DNA of 64,000 nt, taken from assembly GCF_056712565.1 (NCBI RefSeq), contig NZ_CM160072.1, one strand, 5' to 3'. Every line of letters begins with the position of its first letter. Within the stretch, counting starts at the first letter, position 1. A program made the position numbers and the translations under genes. The notes beneath the pieces are model-generated. The model did no database searches, was not told the DNA's origin, and saw only the letters and a program-made list of their open reading frames with translations. Below are positions 10,434 to 19,605 of this stretch, in pieces.

Positions 10434-11045
10434 TTAATTGGTGAGTCCGGGGATTACGGTTTGCCCGTGCTGTTCAAGGCGTTCAATTCTCGCCAGTAGC
10501 TGAGGCTTCTTAATTTTTCCCCAGCGATTAAGCAGGCGGCCTGACATGCTGGCAACATCCTTCTCTTTCATGTACTCCAGCATTACGGCATTTCTCTCTT
10601 CTTCAAATTGACGATGACCAACCTGAAGCATGGCGTACATCCAGTTGAATGCGTTGATGTAAGCAATTTTGATACGCATTGCTTCTTTTTTGGTGTAGGA
10701 CATAACCAAAAGCATCAACCCATCCTTGCGGAGACGGTAGAATTTTTGCGGCTTACCATTCTGTAACTCATTGTTTTTATAGCAAAGCTCAAAGTTGAGC
10801 TTTGTATCAAACTCAGGAGGGCAAGCTTCTATGGTTCGTTCAATGTCACGAACCACGTTCTTCGGCAGCTTTCCAAATGCTTTTGCCACCATAAAAGAAT
10901 CTGTAACCGGATCGTTGTTTGCTACAAAAATTAGGTCTCTGAAATCTATATCGTTAACAACGGTTGGGTAGTTCATTGCGTCTTTACCTTTTAGAAAGAT
11001 GAGCCTGTTCGCACAGAAAAGCCGCCCCGAGATGGTCGCCACCAT
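10434..11045 (-). CDS. rha: Rha-family phage regulatory protein (P22 orf201-like). An alternative start at 10976 would give 180 aa.
   Basis: Phage_pRha motif VANNDPVTDSFMVAKAFGKLPKNVVRDIERTIEA, between the lysis and packaging genes. Confidence 0.7.
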   Translation of the reverse strand: MVATISGRLFCANRLIFLKGKDAMNYPTVVNDIDFRDLIFVANNDPVTDSFMVAKAFGKLPKNVVRDIERTIEACPPEFDTKLNFELCYKNNELQNGKPQKFYRLRKDGLMLLVMSYTKKEAMRIKIAYINAFNWMYAMLQVGHRQFEEERNAVMLEYMKEKDVASMSGRLLNRWGKIKKPQLLARIERLEQHGQTVIPGLTN

Positions 11046-11121
11046 ATACGGCAGTTCTCAGGCTCAGCTTTCTGAAAGACTCGGGATTGTTACGCGCTGC
11101 GATGCGCGGTTTACTGCAGAT

Positions 11122-11148
11122 ATAAAAAAGCCCCGCGAATGCGAGGCT
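11122..11148 (-). terminator. Intrinsic terminator downstream of the lysis cassette
   Basis: Minus-strand GCCUCGCAUUCGCGGGGC followed by UUUUUUAU. Confidence 0.6.
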
Positions 11149-11321
11149 AAATCCTGGTATTTGTAATGACTGGCTCTTATCTCAACGCAGCCCCTTACCG
11201 CGCGCCAGATGCTCAATATCAAGCATCAGCAATGAGATGTTTAATCTGGATTCACTCCAGAAGTGATCACCACCCTGTCTACAGAGCCAGATGTGAAGGA
11301 TGATGAGTAAAATTATCGCTA

Positions 11322-11759
11322 TCATCGAAGGCATTGCGTCCTGATGTACTCCTGCAGGTAGTTAACCTGCGCGGTTATCCTGTCGATTCCACTTCGGAGA
11401 CGGTAATAATTGAGTTCAGCATCTGCTGTAAGTCTTGGGTTTTCTCCATCGCCCATGCTGCTGGCTCCGGTCGTTGACTTTGCACAGGTGGCGGCGACTT
11501 GCAGGCGCTTACGCCCAGCAGAAACATCAGCACGGAGACTTTCGATAGTCGCGTTAGCATCAGCAAGCTCCTTTGTGTATCTTGCGTCGAGTTCTGCTAC
11601 ATCACGTTGACGCTTCCGCATATCAGCGATGATGGATGTGGCTTTATCGCGCTGCTCTTTGTAGGCGATTGCATTATCACGGTAATGATTAACAGCCCAT
11701 GACAGGCAGACGATGATGCAAATAATCAGAGCGGAGATAATCGCGGTGACTCTGCTCAT
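11322..11759 (-). CDS. Rz: Rz (inner-membrane spanin component)
   Basis: 145 aa, N-terminal transmembrane segment, coiled coil, lambda Rz-like. Confidence 0.9.
   Translation of the reverse strand: MSRVTAIISALIICIIVCLSWAVNHYRDNAIAYKEQRDKATSIIADMRKRQRDVAELDARYTKELADANATIESLRADVSAGRKRLQVAATCAKSTTGASSMGDGENPRLTADAELNYYRLRSGIDRITAQVNYLQEYIRTQCLR
11375..11566 (-). CDS. Rz1: Rz1 (outer-membrane lipoprotein spanin component) embedded in Rz in the +1 frame
   Basis: 63 aa with lipobox LLGVSAC and a proline-rich segment, wholly inside Rz. Confidence 0.85.
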   Translation of the reverse strand: MLMLTRLSKVSVLMFLLGVSACKSPPPVQSQRPEPAAWAMEKTQDLQQMLNSIITVSEVESTG

Positions 11760-12232
11760 ACCTCAATCTCTCTGACCGTTCCGCCAGCCTCTTTGAATTT
11801 TGCAATCAGGTTGTCAGCCTTATGCTCGAACTGACCATAACCAGCGCCCGGCAGTGAAGCCCAGATATTGCTGCAACGGTCGATTGCCTGACGAATATCA
11901 CCGCGGTCAATCATCGGTAAAGCGCCACGCTCTTTAATCTGCTGCAATGCCACAGCGTCCTGACTTTTCGGAGAGAAGTCTTTCAGACCAAGCTGCTTAC
12001 GGTAGGCATCCCACCAACGGGAAAGAAGCTGGTAGCGTCCGGCGGCTGTTGATTTGAGTTTTGGGTTTAGCGTGACAAGCTTGCGAGGGTGATCGGAGTA
12101 ATCAGTAAATAGCTCTCCGCCTACAATGACGTCATAACCATGATTTCTGGTTTTCTGCCGTCCGTTATCAGTTCCCTCTGACCACGCCAGCATATCGAGG
12201 AACGCCTTACGTTGATTATTGATTTCCACCAT
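11756..12232 (-). CDS. R: Endolysin (lambda R-type transglycosylase)
   Basis: 158 aa, [28 protein letters not shown]..., essentially lambda R. Confidence 0.95.
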   Translation of the reverse strand: MVEINNQRKAFLDMLAWSEGTDNGRQKTRNHGYDVIVGGELFTDYSDHPRKLVTLNPKLKSTAAGRYQLLSRWWDAYRKQLGLKDFSPKSQDAVALQQIKERGALPMIDRGDIRQAIDRCSNIWASLPGAGYGQFEHKADNLIAKFKEAGGTVREIEV

Positions 12233-12539
12233 CTTCTACTCCGGCTTTTTTAGCAGCGAAGCGTTTGATAAGCGAACCAATCGAGTCAGTACCGATGTAG
12301 CCGATGAACACGCTCGTTATATAAGCGAGATTGCTACTTAGTCCGGCGAAGTCGAGAAGGTCACGAATGAACCAGGCGATAATGGCGCACATCGTTGCGT
12401 CGATTACTGTTTTTGTAAACGCACCGCCATTATATCTGCCGCGAAGGTACGCCATTGCAAACGCAAGGATTGCCCCGATGCCTTGTTCCTTTGCCGCGAG
12501 AATGGCGGCTAACAGGTCATGTTTTTCTGGCATCTTCAT
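12216..12539 (-). CDS. S: Holin (lambda S-type, dual start MKM)
   Basis: 107 aa, [27 protein letters not shown]..., essentially lambda S105/S107. Confidence 0.95.
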   Translation of the reverse strand: MKMPEKHDLLAAILAAKEQGIGAILAFAMAYLRGRYNGGAFTKTVIDATMCAIIAWFIRDLLDFAGLSSNLAYITSVFIGYIGTDSIGSLIKRFAAKKAGVEDGGNQ

Positions 12540-12663
12540 GTCTTACCCCCAATAAGGGGATTTGCTCTATTTAATTAGGAATAAGGTCGATTACTGATAG
12601 AACAAATCCAGGCTACTGTGTTTAGTAATCAGATTTGTTCGTGACCGATATGCACGGGCAAAA

Positions 12664-12694
12664 CGGCATGAGGTTGTTAGCGCAACCTCATGCC
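12664..12694 (-). promoter_or_regulatory. Conserved lambda-like hairpin in the S 5' flank
   Basis: Inverted repeat GGCATGAGGTTG...CAACCTCATGCC followed by GTTTTGCCC on the transcribed strand. The surrounding ~200 nt read like the lambda sequence preceding S. Confidence 0.4.
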
Positions 12695-12999
12695 ACCCGC
12701 TTTCACGAAGGTCATGTGTAGAAGGCCGCAGCATAACTATCACTGATGAATTCAGGATAGCCAGTGGCTACGGCTCAGGTTGGGTTGTGGCGGTCGGTGC
12801 TGAACTCCGACTTAATGACGATAGGCGTGTACCGACGCCTCGTTTTACTTCCTCCGCTTTCACGGCTTCACCCTAGACCAGCTTTACGAAATCCTCGTAA
12901 ACCTAACCGCGGCAGATATGACCGGCACGGTGTGCCATATCACGGACCGGCGGGTGTCTCGTTCACCTGATTAACGCATCAGCCTGCGTATTCACCACA

Positions 13000-13135
13000 A
13001 CGATAAGAGTACTGCGCGGCACCTTTCACCAATTCCGCGAGGTCTGCGGGTTCAATGCTCTTACCTGTTGTGCAAACAAAAAAGCCACCGTTGCAACTTA
13101 AGAGTCACTAACGGCAGCTTACCTTCTAATTATGG
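13000..13135 (-). promoter_or_regulatory. Late promoter pR'/qut region with a tR'-like element downstream of Q
   Basis: By position immediately after Q. Segment ...GGCTTTTTTGTTTGCACAACAGGTAAGAGCATTGA resembles lambda tR' and its downstream flank. The exact -10/-35 elements were not resolved. Confidence 0.4.
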
Positions 13136-13654
13136 CTAAATGGATAATTGCATGTCAAGGTTTTTAACAGCAACATGCTTAACTTTCTCAACACGTTTAC
13201 GCATTTTGAAAGCATTTTGCATTGGCTGGTATAAAACAAATAATGACGCTTTCAGGATGTCGTCAATTTCGTTTCTACAGGTTGCCAGTGAAGGTTTTCT
13301 CCATCCCTCGCCACCACGTCCACACATCTTGCGTGGCTTTGCAGTCGCGTGATAGTAGGATGCAATTGCTCGCTTAGATGAACCATGAGCGTAGTAGCTG
13401 AGGAGGATGCCAAAGGCTTTCTTGTCAATGTACATGACGGAATCAACGACCTGAGAAATCAACATTCCATCATCATCATTACACATTGGCCTTGTCATAA
13501 TTCTTCCCGGCTCTACGCTCTCCATGAACTTCGCTATTACGCTGCTCATGCGCTTTTCCAGACGACCTGAATAAACCCATGCGCCCCACAGTTCAAGCCA
13601 GCCATTCAGCCACTCGTGCTGCTCTTTGGTGAGGTTTAGTTCTCTTATGCTCAT
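13136..13654 (-). CDS. Late antiterminator Q (phage-82 / quuD-like family)
   Basis: 172 aa with WGAW...RP.C.DDD motifs as in Phage_antitermQ; not lambda Q-like. Confidence 0.7.
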   Translation of the reverse strand: MSIRELNLTKEQHEWLNGWLELWGAWVYSGRLEKRMSSVIAKFMESVEPGRIMTRPMCNDDDGMLISQVVDSVMYIDKKAFGILLSYYAHGSSKRAIASYYHATAKPRKMCGRGGEGWRKPSLATCRNEIDDILKASLFVLYQPMQNAFKMRKRVEKVKHVAVKNLDMQLSI

Positions 13655-13839
13655 CGTCTTCCCCTCTTGCCTTGTTTGACCATCAGGACGCCGTTAACTA
13701 TTACGTGACGCTCGCCTTTGCTGTCTCGGTTGTACTTGAGCACTGTTCCTCTTGCGCAGGAAAGCATCCTCGCCACTTCGGTCTGATTGCCTCGTGTCTG
13801 GATAAGAAGCTCTGGTATCGTTTGAATTGTGGCGTTCAT
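13651..13839 (-). CDS. ninH: NinH
   Basis: 62 aa, ...IPELLIQTRGNQTEVARMLSCARGTVLKY..., close to lambda NinH. Confidence 0.85.
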   Translation of the reverse strand: MNATIQTIPELLIQTRGNQTEVARMLSCARGTVLKYNRDSKGERHVIVNGVLMVKQGKRGRR

Positions 13840-14198
13840 GCGTTCTCCAGTTCGGTGATTTTTATTCCAAGCCGTCCGCCTGGTACTTTCACACCACGAA
13901 TTACGCGAATGTCATCGAATTGCTCGTCGTCTTCCGCAAATCCGGCGTGGATAAGGGAGTCGAGTAAACCTTTCAGGATGTTGTCGAGGTCGCGGCGGCG
14001 GGAGTCTGGAACGTCTGCGATGACTTTGATACGGAGTCGTGATTTGGTGAAAATGTCTAACTTGAGTTGGCGGATGATTTGCTGAACGTCTTTTCGGTAT
14101 TTCTGGCCTTTATCGCTTATGTAATATTGGCTTCCCCGTCTTCGCCAGTAGGTATTCACCGACGGCGGGTATGGAAGCACAAACTGATATTCGTTCAT
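13836..14198 (-). CDS. rusA: RusA Holliday-junction resolvase
   Basis: 120 aa with the RusA motif ...DSRRRDLDN... Confidence 0.9.
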   Translation of the reverse strand: MNEYQFVLPYPPSVNTYWRRRGSQYYISDKGQKYRKDVQQIIRQLKLDIFTKSRLRIKVIADVPDSRRRDLDNILKGLLDSLIHAGFAEDDEQFDDIRVIRGVKVPGGRLGIKITELENA

Positions 14199-14485
14199 GA
14201 CTTAATCTTCCCCTCCCTCAGCAGTATCGCCTGCGTTCTGATCACGCCTTCGAGGTGGTAAAGTCTGGCGTCTTTGTTGTCGAGATTATGGGTGCGTCGG
14301 TCGATTTCATCGTGACACGCACTACAAGCCCATGCACCGATCAGGTCGTCAGGCTTCATTCCCGTTCCGCAAATTCCAGCCATCCGGTAATGTGCCAGAA
14401 CTGTAGTTTCAGGGTTGCCATTGCATACGCCGTAAATACGTACCTGACATTCTCTTCCGCGCGCTTCTTTGCGTAGGTTAGCCAT
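14195..14485 (-). CDS. YbcO-like (DUF1364) nin-region protein
   Basis: 96 aa, MANLRKEARGRECQVRIYGVCNGNPETTVLAH..., close to DLP12 YbcO. Confidence 0.8.
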   Translation of the reverse strand: MANLRKEARGRECQVRIYGVCNGNPETTVLAHYRMAGICGTGMKPDDLIGAWACSACHDEIDRRTHNLDNKDARLYHLEGVIRTQAILLREGKIKS

Positions 14486-15207
14486 TAAGCAGCCTCCCCT
14501 GTTACTTTCAGCATTCCGTTATCGAGCAGCTTTCTGGTCAGCCACTGTTGACCACGCCCGGTGATTTTTGTGGTGAACGATATCTGTATTCCGTGATTTG
14601 TGTTGACCGCTGTTTCTTTCACTGTGAAATAGCCGCGATCCATATATTCCTGCATTGGCACATTGCGCCGGGAACCTGAAGCAATAAGGATTTTGTGATC
14701 ACGCATCCACGCAAACAGTTTGTTTTGACCAATACCAACAACCTTTGCAAAGTTTCCAATCAAAATTCCGCTGGCCTCGCCAACGCGATCGGCAAACTCA
14801 ACTTTAGGTGCGACAATTGCGAGCTGGTTTTCCAGTTGCATTTTCTGCTCAGCAAGATCGGCAGCAAGGCGCAACGCTTCCGGTAGCGTTTTGGGGATAT
14901 TAACCGCAGCTTCTTCAAGCTCTCGCCAGCGGTCAACAAGGCGAGCGGTGAACTCTGGCGACAACTGGGCAACAACGACAATACTGTCTCGCTTACCTTG
15001 TTCGCCCTCGAAGACGTAATGCTCGTACTGAACATTGAACCCTAAGTTATTGATTCTTTCGGAAACCTCAATTTGAGGAAGCCGGATAACACCATTTTTA
15101 GCCAGCGTTTCGATGGTACGTTTCACATTGTCATGACGCTTACCAACCAACTCAGCAATTTCAATGCTTGTCATTTTGATGGCATTGCCATTCATTAACT
15201 CATTCAT
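14485..15207 (-). CDS. Rha-family regulator with C-terminal antirepressor-like (KilAC) domain
   Basis: 240 aa. N-terminal Phage_pRha-like SIEIAELVGKRHDNVKRTIETL plus a larger C-terminal domain. Confidence 0.7.
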   Translation of the reverse strand: MNELMNGNAIKMTSIEIAELVGKRHDNVKRTIETLAKNGVIRLPQIEVSERINNLGFNVQYEHYVFEGEQGKRDSIVVVAQLSPEFTARLVDRWRELEEAAVNIPKTLPEALRLAADLAEQKMQLENQLAIVAPKVEFADRVGEASGILIGNFAKVVGIGQNKLFAWMRDHKILIASGSRRNVPMQEYMDRGYFTVKETAVNTNHGIQISFTTKITGRGQQWLTRKLLDNGMLKVTGEAA

Positions 15208-15376
15208 CGTCTTCTTCCTCGTACATTGAGCTATTCGGATCGCTCATCAGTTCTGCGCAGCAATCGGAGCACACGTGAACTTCAAGCACATGCAGCTTCT
15301 GACCGCAGTTAGCGCACGTTAATGCCCGCTCGACGCTTTCTTTCTGGTATTGAAGGGATTGGGATGGGCTAAGCAT
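15200..15376 (-). CDS. ninF: NinF (58 aa; absent from the ORF track because it is under 60 aa)
   Basis: [44 protein letters not shown]..., close to lambda NinF. Confidence 0.8.
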   Translation of the reverse strand: MLSPSQSLQYQKESVERALTCANCGQKLHVLEVHVCSDCCAELMSDPNSSMYEEEDDE

Positions 15377-15794
15377 TATTGGCGTCCTGCATCATGAGAA
15401 ATACAATCATGGCGGCGCGGAGTGGAGATTCACCGCAGAAGTAGTAGCCAGGAATATTTTCCCATTCCCAACAACCTTCCTCTAAATCACCTCCTGACCA
15501 TGCGCACCATTCTTTTTCCGCTGTCATCCACATAGTGCTGATTTTGCTTTCAGTGATAATTGGCCACGCGTATTCAGGATTATTGCAAGGATTGAAGCAA
15601 TTTCCGTTTGAAGAACGGAAGCCATTAATATCCCTTTTTTGCGTCTGCCAAATAGGACCTCTTTCGTCAGTGGGGATCTCAGAATCGAAGTCTGCTTCGT
15701 CATCAGGTATGAAGAAATGCTCCTCCATATCTAAAGCCTCACATACTCGTCTGTTAATTTCAAAATCACTTAACTGTGAATAATCCATTGTCAT
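15369..15794 (-). CDS. Hypothetical nin-region protein (~141 aa from [17 protein letters not shown]...)
   Basis: ORF between ninE and ninF, Cys/Trp-rich. Its start overlaps the ninE stop. Confidence 0.55.
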   Translation of the reverse strand: MTMDYSQLSDFEINRRVCEALDMEEHFFIPDDEADFDSEIPTDERGPIWQTQKRDINGFRSSNGNCFNPCNNPEYAWPIITESKISTMWMTAEKEWCAWSGGDLEEGCWEWENIPGYYFCGESPLRAAMIVFLMMQDANNA

Positions 15795-15967
15795 TTCCTC
15801 GCACGATGTCTTAGCAACCGGATATCCCACAGGTGAGCCGTGTAGTTGAAGGTTTTTACGTCAGATTCTTTTGGGATTGGCTTGCGTTTATTTCTGGTGC
15901 GTTTCGTTGGAAGGTATTTGCAGTTTTCGCAGATGATGTCGGTGATACTTCGTCGCTGTCGCCTCAT
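15791..15967 (-). CDS. ninE: NinE
   Basis: 58 aa from an internal [37 protein letters not shown]..., close to lambda NinE. Confidence 0.85.
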   Translation of the reverse strand: MRRQRRSITDIICENCKYLPTKRTRNKRKPIPKESDVKTFNYTAHLWDIRLLRHRARK

Positions 15968-16374
15968 TCGTACCTCCTGTCGGTAAATCTGACACCCTGA
16001 CCAATAGCCCATGCTGTTGTGTACTCGATCAGACTTGCCATACGCTTCACACTCATCTGCGCGCTGCTTTCGCGAATGTTGACGTATTCGCCTTCAAGCC
16101 CGGGCAAAACATCAGCTTCCTGTTTTGTTGCCACTGCATGACCGCTGATCAACAAAACCTTCCATTGTTCTGGTTTTAACCATTTATCGCGCCACTGAAC
16201 TTGCCTAGCGATATCTGCGACCATCGCGTGAAATTTTGCGTTCTGGTCAAGGTTGCGCTTGTAGTCAGTAATGCGGATGGTGACTGGCTTGTCTTTATCG
16301 AGTGGTGTTGCGAGGATGGCATTTATTGCAGCTTGCTGTTGTTGCTTAGTTCGGAGGAATATTGTTTGCTTCAC
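15964..16374 (-). CDS. ninB: NinB (Orf-family recombination mediator)
   Basis: 136 aa, ...[21 protein letters not shown]..., close to lambda NinB. Confidence 0.8.
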   Translation of the reverse strand: MKQTIFLRTKQQQQAAINAILATPLDKDKPVTIRITDYKRNLDQNAKFHAMVADIARQVQWRDKWLKPEQWKVLLISGHAVATKQEADVLPGLEGEYVNIRESSAQMSVKRMASLIEYTTAWAIGQGVRFTDRRYE

Positions 16375-16385
16375 TGAATACTCCT

Positions 16386-16577
16386 TTATTTTTTATGCCT
16401 GTAACCCCATTCTTCCAGCAACCTTGCGGCGTACCACCCAAGAAACAAAGGAAAGAACATTACAATGAGATATTTCCCGCCACGGTCAATGTTCGAAATT
16501 GACCAGATTACGATGTAACCAGTGCAGGACAGGAATATTACAAACCCCAAAAAGCTACTTCGTCGACTCATGCTCAC
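16386..16577 (-). CDS. Small predicted membrane protein (63 aa, two hydrophobic segments)
   Basis: Hydrophobicity pattern of the ORF. No family recognised. Confidence 0.4.
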   Translation of the reverse strand: MSMSRRSSFLGFVIFLSCTGYIVIWSISNIDRGGKYLIVMFFPLFLGWYAARLLEEWGYRHKK

Positions 16578-16888
16578 TCCTTCACTTTGATTCCAGCGGC
16601 GCGGATAGCCTCTACATCGCTTTCGTATTGCGATTCTGCACCTGAGTCATAGCCAATGTGATAATCACCGGGAAGTGGGCCTTTCTTTGGCTTTTGCAGC
16701 TCAATTTCAATAGCTGCTCTCGATGCCTGCCACGTTTGCCAGTGGCCTTGAACATCGTCCATCACGTATTGACCACCAATATCACCACTGCCAATTTCAT
16801 GGTGATTTTCAGGGTAACGGATAAGGTCTGAAGATTCGCCCCCCACGTCGTAACCAACTCTCTTCAAACTGGCATCTGCTTTCGTCAT
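16574..16888 (-). CDS. Hypothetical protein (104 aa). The start is uncertain because it overlaps the upstream Cys-rich ORF.
   Basis: ORF only. Confidence 0.4.
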   Translation of the reverse strand: MTKADASLKRVGYDVGGESSDLIRYPENHHEIGSGDIGGQYVMDDVQGHWQTWQASRAAIEIELQKPKKGPLPGDYHIGYDSGAESQYESDVEAIRAAGIKVKE

Positions 16889-16991
16889 CTTTCATAAGGC
16901 AGTCACATTCAATAAAAATCGGCTCTCCCCAAGGAGTAGAACCTCCGCTATCACACATTCCTGTGTTATTGCACTTTTGGCACTTGCTCAC
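16809..16991 (-). CDS. Small Cys-rich protein (60 aa, CxxC...CxC zinc-ribbon-like). Overlaps the 104-aa ORF by about 80 nt in another frame.
   Basis: MSKCQKCNNTGMCDSGG...ECDC. A single frameshift could make this one gene with the 104-aa ORF. Confidence 0.35.
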   Translation of the reverse strand: MSKCQKCNNTGMCDSGGSTPWGEPIFIECDCLMKDDESRCQFEESWLRRGGRIFRPYPLP

Positions 16992-17003
16992 ATTAACCTC
17001 CGA

Positions 17004-17210
17004 TTAACTCACAAAACGCCACGCCACTTTTGCTACGACAACAGGCATAACACCGATAATCACCCACAGAAAAATGCTACCGAAAAGCACACCAACCAGG
17101 TCTTTACCTTCGCCTACCAACCGGACAAAACTGCTGGCAACCACAATGAACGTCGCCACCATCCACATAGCACCGAGAATCCTCAATGCAGAAAAAATCA
17201 ACTCAACCAC
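17004..17210 (-). CDS. Small predicted membrane protein (68 aa, two hydrophobic segments)
   Basis: Hydrophobicity pattern; first gene after the tR2-like terminator. Confidence 0.4.
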   Translation of the reverse strand: MVELIFSALRILGAMWMVATFIVVASSFVRLVGEGKDLVGVLFGSIFLWVIIGVMPVVVAKVAWRFVS

Positions 17211-17223
17211 GATTTACCCTCCC

Positions 17224-17257
17224 CCAAATAAAAAGGCCTGCGATTACCAGCAGGCCT
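17224..17257 (-). terminator. tR2-like intrinsic terminator between the helicase and nin genes
   Basis: Minus-strand hairpin AGGCCUGCUGGUAAUCGCAGGCCU followed by UUUUAUUU. Confidence 0.6.
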
Positions 17258-17282
17258 GTTACAAGCTCAGTGATGTAGATGG

Positions 17283-18659
17283 TCATACGTCAGCCCCTTG
17301 TGCATATCGTCTGCCACGCGCAGCAGGTGCATTTGATGCTGTGCAAATCTGTCTGGCTTCATCCTGGTCACATGCAACAAAGTGTCCGTTGCAGAACCGC
17401 TGGTAAACCGTACCAAGTGAGCCAAAACGGTTTTTCGTCACGATGATTTCAGCAAATGGCGCGGCGCTACTGTTCTCGTCATATACCGCTTCCCGATAGA
17501 GCATGATGATTGAGTCTGCGTCCTGTTCAATGCTTCCTGAATCACGCAAATCTGCGTTTGTCGGGCGTTTGTTTGGTCGCTTCTCAACATCGCGTGAAAG
17601 CTGACTCAGGGAAATAACCGGTGTTTTCAGGTCTTTCGCCATCGCCTTCAGGCTTCCGGAGATGTGAGCAATTGCGAGGTCGTTGCGGTCTGCTTTCGGC
17701 TTCTCAATCAGGCCAAGATAATCCGCCATGATGAGTGAGAGGTTTGGATTTTCCTGTTTGTGCCGTTCTGCGATTGAGCGTATTTCTTCGACCGATAATC
17801 GCGAGGCATCGACTACCCATACATCCAAATCTGCAAGCTGACTCATGCCGTTAGCAACACGTGCCCAGCCCTCGTCATCCATCGATGCAGGATTTCGCAG
17901 TACGCTAACCGACATCCTCCCGGCGTTGGCAATGCTTCGCTCTGCAATCTGCAATGCGCTCATTTCCATTGAGAAAATCAATACCCCGCGCCGGACGTCA
18001 GAACCAGGAATAACGCGGCTTGCAACGCCTTCGGCAATCTTCAGCGCCAGTTCGGTTTTCCCCATACCAGGACGAGCAGCGATTATCACCAGGTCTTCCG
18101 CGTTCATCCCTCCGGTGATGGCATCAAGTTCTTCGATTCCGGTCTTCAGGGTATCGGACTCTTCTCCGTTCCTCAGACGCCTGTCAAGCGTGTCAGTGTA
18201 GTCGGTGATGATTTCCCCTAACCGTACAGGTTTAACCTCGTCACGGGGCTTTCTGATGGCTGAGAGACGTTTTACAAGTTCATCCATCGCCTGACTCGAT
18301 GCGTCGATGGTTCCGCTTTGGATTGGTTCACGCATTTCATCCATGATTTCCAGCACCAGACGGCGGTGATAGTTATCCGCGACCATTCCGGCATATCCCT
18401 TCAGGTTTGCGGCGCTCGGGCAGTTTTTGCTGGTCATCAGGATTGACGTGAAATGCTCCTCTCCGCACGCCTCGGCAACCATCAGCGCGTCGATTAGGTT
18501 TCTGTTTCTCGCCTGCTTCCGGATAACCTCGAAGGCTTTCCGGTAGAGCGGAATTGAAAACGCTTCCGGCTCCAGCGTTGCAAGAACGTCACTGGCGGTT
18601 GGAGTTAATCCACCAATCAGCAGGCCACCGATAACGCTCGCTTCGATATCCTGTCTCAT
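17283..18659 (-). CDS. Replicative DNA helicase (DnaB-like, P22 gene 12 type)
   Basis: 458 aa with a DnaB C-terminal RecA-like domain (Walker A GMGKT). Confidence 0.9.
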   Translation of the reverse strand: MRQDIEASVIGGLLIGGLTPTASDVLATLEPEAFSIPLYRKAFEVIRKQARNRNLIDALMVAEACGEEHFTSILMTSKNCPSAANLKGYAGMVADNYHRRLVLEIMDEMREPIQSGTIDASSQAMDELVKRLSAIRKPRDEVKPVRLGEIITDYTDTLDRRLRNGEESDTLKTGIEELDAITGGMNAEDLVIIAARPGMGKTELALKIAEGVASRVIPGSDVRRGVLIFSMEMSALQIAERSIANAGRMSVSVLRNPASMDDEGWARVANGMSQLADLDVWVVDASRLSVEEIRSIAERHKQENPNLSLIMADYLGLIEKPKADRNDLAIAHISGSLKAMAKDLKTPVISLSQLSRDVEKRPNKRPTNADLRDSGSIEQDADSIIMLYREAVYDENSSAAPFAEIIVTKNRFGSLGTVYQRFCNGHFVACDQDEARQICTASNAPAARGRRYAQGADV

Positions 18660-19603
18660 GCAATCCCCCTGTCTGCAAACTTCCCTTCCCGAACTCCCGT
18701 TAACGAGTCTTCTCTCAGCAGGTAATCAAAATCAGCCGTCCAGCCCGTGTCGTTGTCTCCGAAGTAAAACGGCTTGGCCTGATGCACAAACGCCCTGACA
18801 TACGCTCTGAAACCGTCCACGTTTGGCGTTTTCAGTTGCGGGATGATTTTCTTCAGGCGGCGTTTTCGTTTCTCGTTGACCGCAACAGCGTGTGGCAGTC
18901 TGTCACCGACTTCGGTGTTGTAGGCGTTCAGGAAGGATTCGTAGTCGATTCGTTCTGCCTTGCGACGTTCAGGTTTAACCTGCCCATCGCCTCCCCCATT
19001 GGGGGGTAGGGGGGTATTATTTATATTCTTGTTAATACCTTCTTGTTCATGATGTGCGGTTGTTTGTGCGGCTTCATGTGCGCTTTCATGTGCGGCATGT
19101 ACGCTGAAAGCCGCGCTATTGCTGGCTTCATCATGTGCGGCATCATGTGCGGTTGTTTGTGCGGCTTCATGTGCGGGTAAATTGTCCATTTTTTGAGCAT
19201 ATTCATGGTAATTTGTGATGGTTATCACACGGCCTTTTTGCTTCTCTCCATCAATGGAGATCATCCCCTCTTTCACAAAAACCTGAAGCATCCGCTCAAC
19301 CTGATCACGGCTTGCTGGCTTGCCATGTCTGTCGCATAACTGAAGACCTAAATCAGCTGCTGTCACAACCAGTTGACCGGGTTGCAGATGCCATTCATGA
19401 CCTTTGAAATTCGCTTTGTATGGCTTTCTGGCGGCATTCAGGAGAAGGTTTTCCCACAGGGTGCGAAGATAAACATCTTTCGCCCATGACTGTTTCAGAA
19501 TGCTCCGGTACAACGGAATGTAACCAGTTTTCTGGTTCTCCATCCTGTTGCTCCTGCGCTCGTGTGCGGCGCTGAAATCGTAGATTTTTGCTGTATTGCT
19601 CAT
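18656..19603 (-). CDS. Replication initiator O-like (P22 gene 18 type)
   Basis: 315 aa, with an N-terminal O-type domain and a His/Ala-rich repeat linker encoded by DNA iterons. Confidence 0.8.
   Translation of the reverse strand: MSNTAKIYDFSAAHERRSNRMENQKTGYIPLYRSILKQSWAKDVYLRTLWENLLLNAARKPYKANFKGHEWHLQPGQLVVTAADLGLQLCDRHGKPASRDQVERMLQVFVKEGMISIDGEKQKGRVITITNYHEYAQKMDNLPAHEAAQTTAHDAAHDEASNSAAFSVHAAHESAHEAAQTTAHHEQEGINKNINNTPLPPNGGGDGQVKPERRKAERIDYESFLNAYNTEVGDRLPHAVAVNEKRKRRLKKIIPQLKTPNVDGFRAYVRAFVHQAKPFYFGDNDTGWTADFDYLLREDSLTGVREGKFADRGIA
19040..19240. repeat. Putative ori: iterons (CATGTGCGG-type units, two ~33-bp copies) inside the O gene, followed by an AT-rich stretch
   Basis: Direct repeats atgtgcggttgtttgtgcggcttcatgtgcg at ~19050 and ~19143 with additional partial units, then aaattgtccattttttgagcatattcatggtaatttgtgatgg. 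Confidence 0.55.
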
Positions 19604-19605
19604 AA

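Noticed and set aside
13136-13654. Calling the late antiterminator lambda Q
   Set aside because: The sequence lacks lambda Q features and instead shows the WGAW / RP.C.DDD pattern of the phage-82/quuD Q family.
19021-19206. Repeat array at first glance reminiscent of CRISPR or other tandem repeats (the ORF track also shows a 61-aa frame here)
   Set aside because: The repeats are in-frame coding sequence of the O-like initiator linker, which is the lambda-style ori iteron architecture. There are no spacers, no cas genes and no leader.
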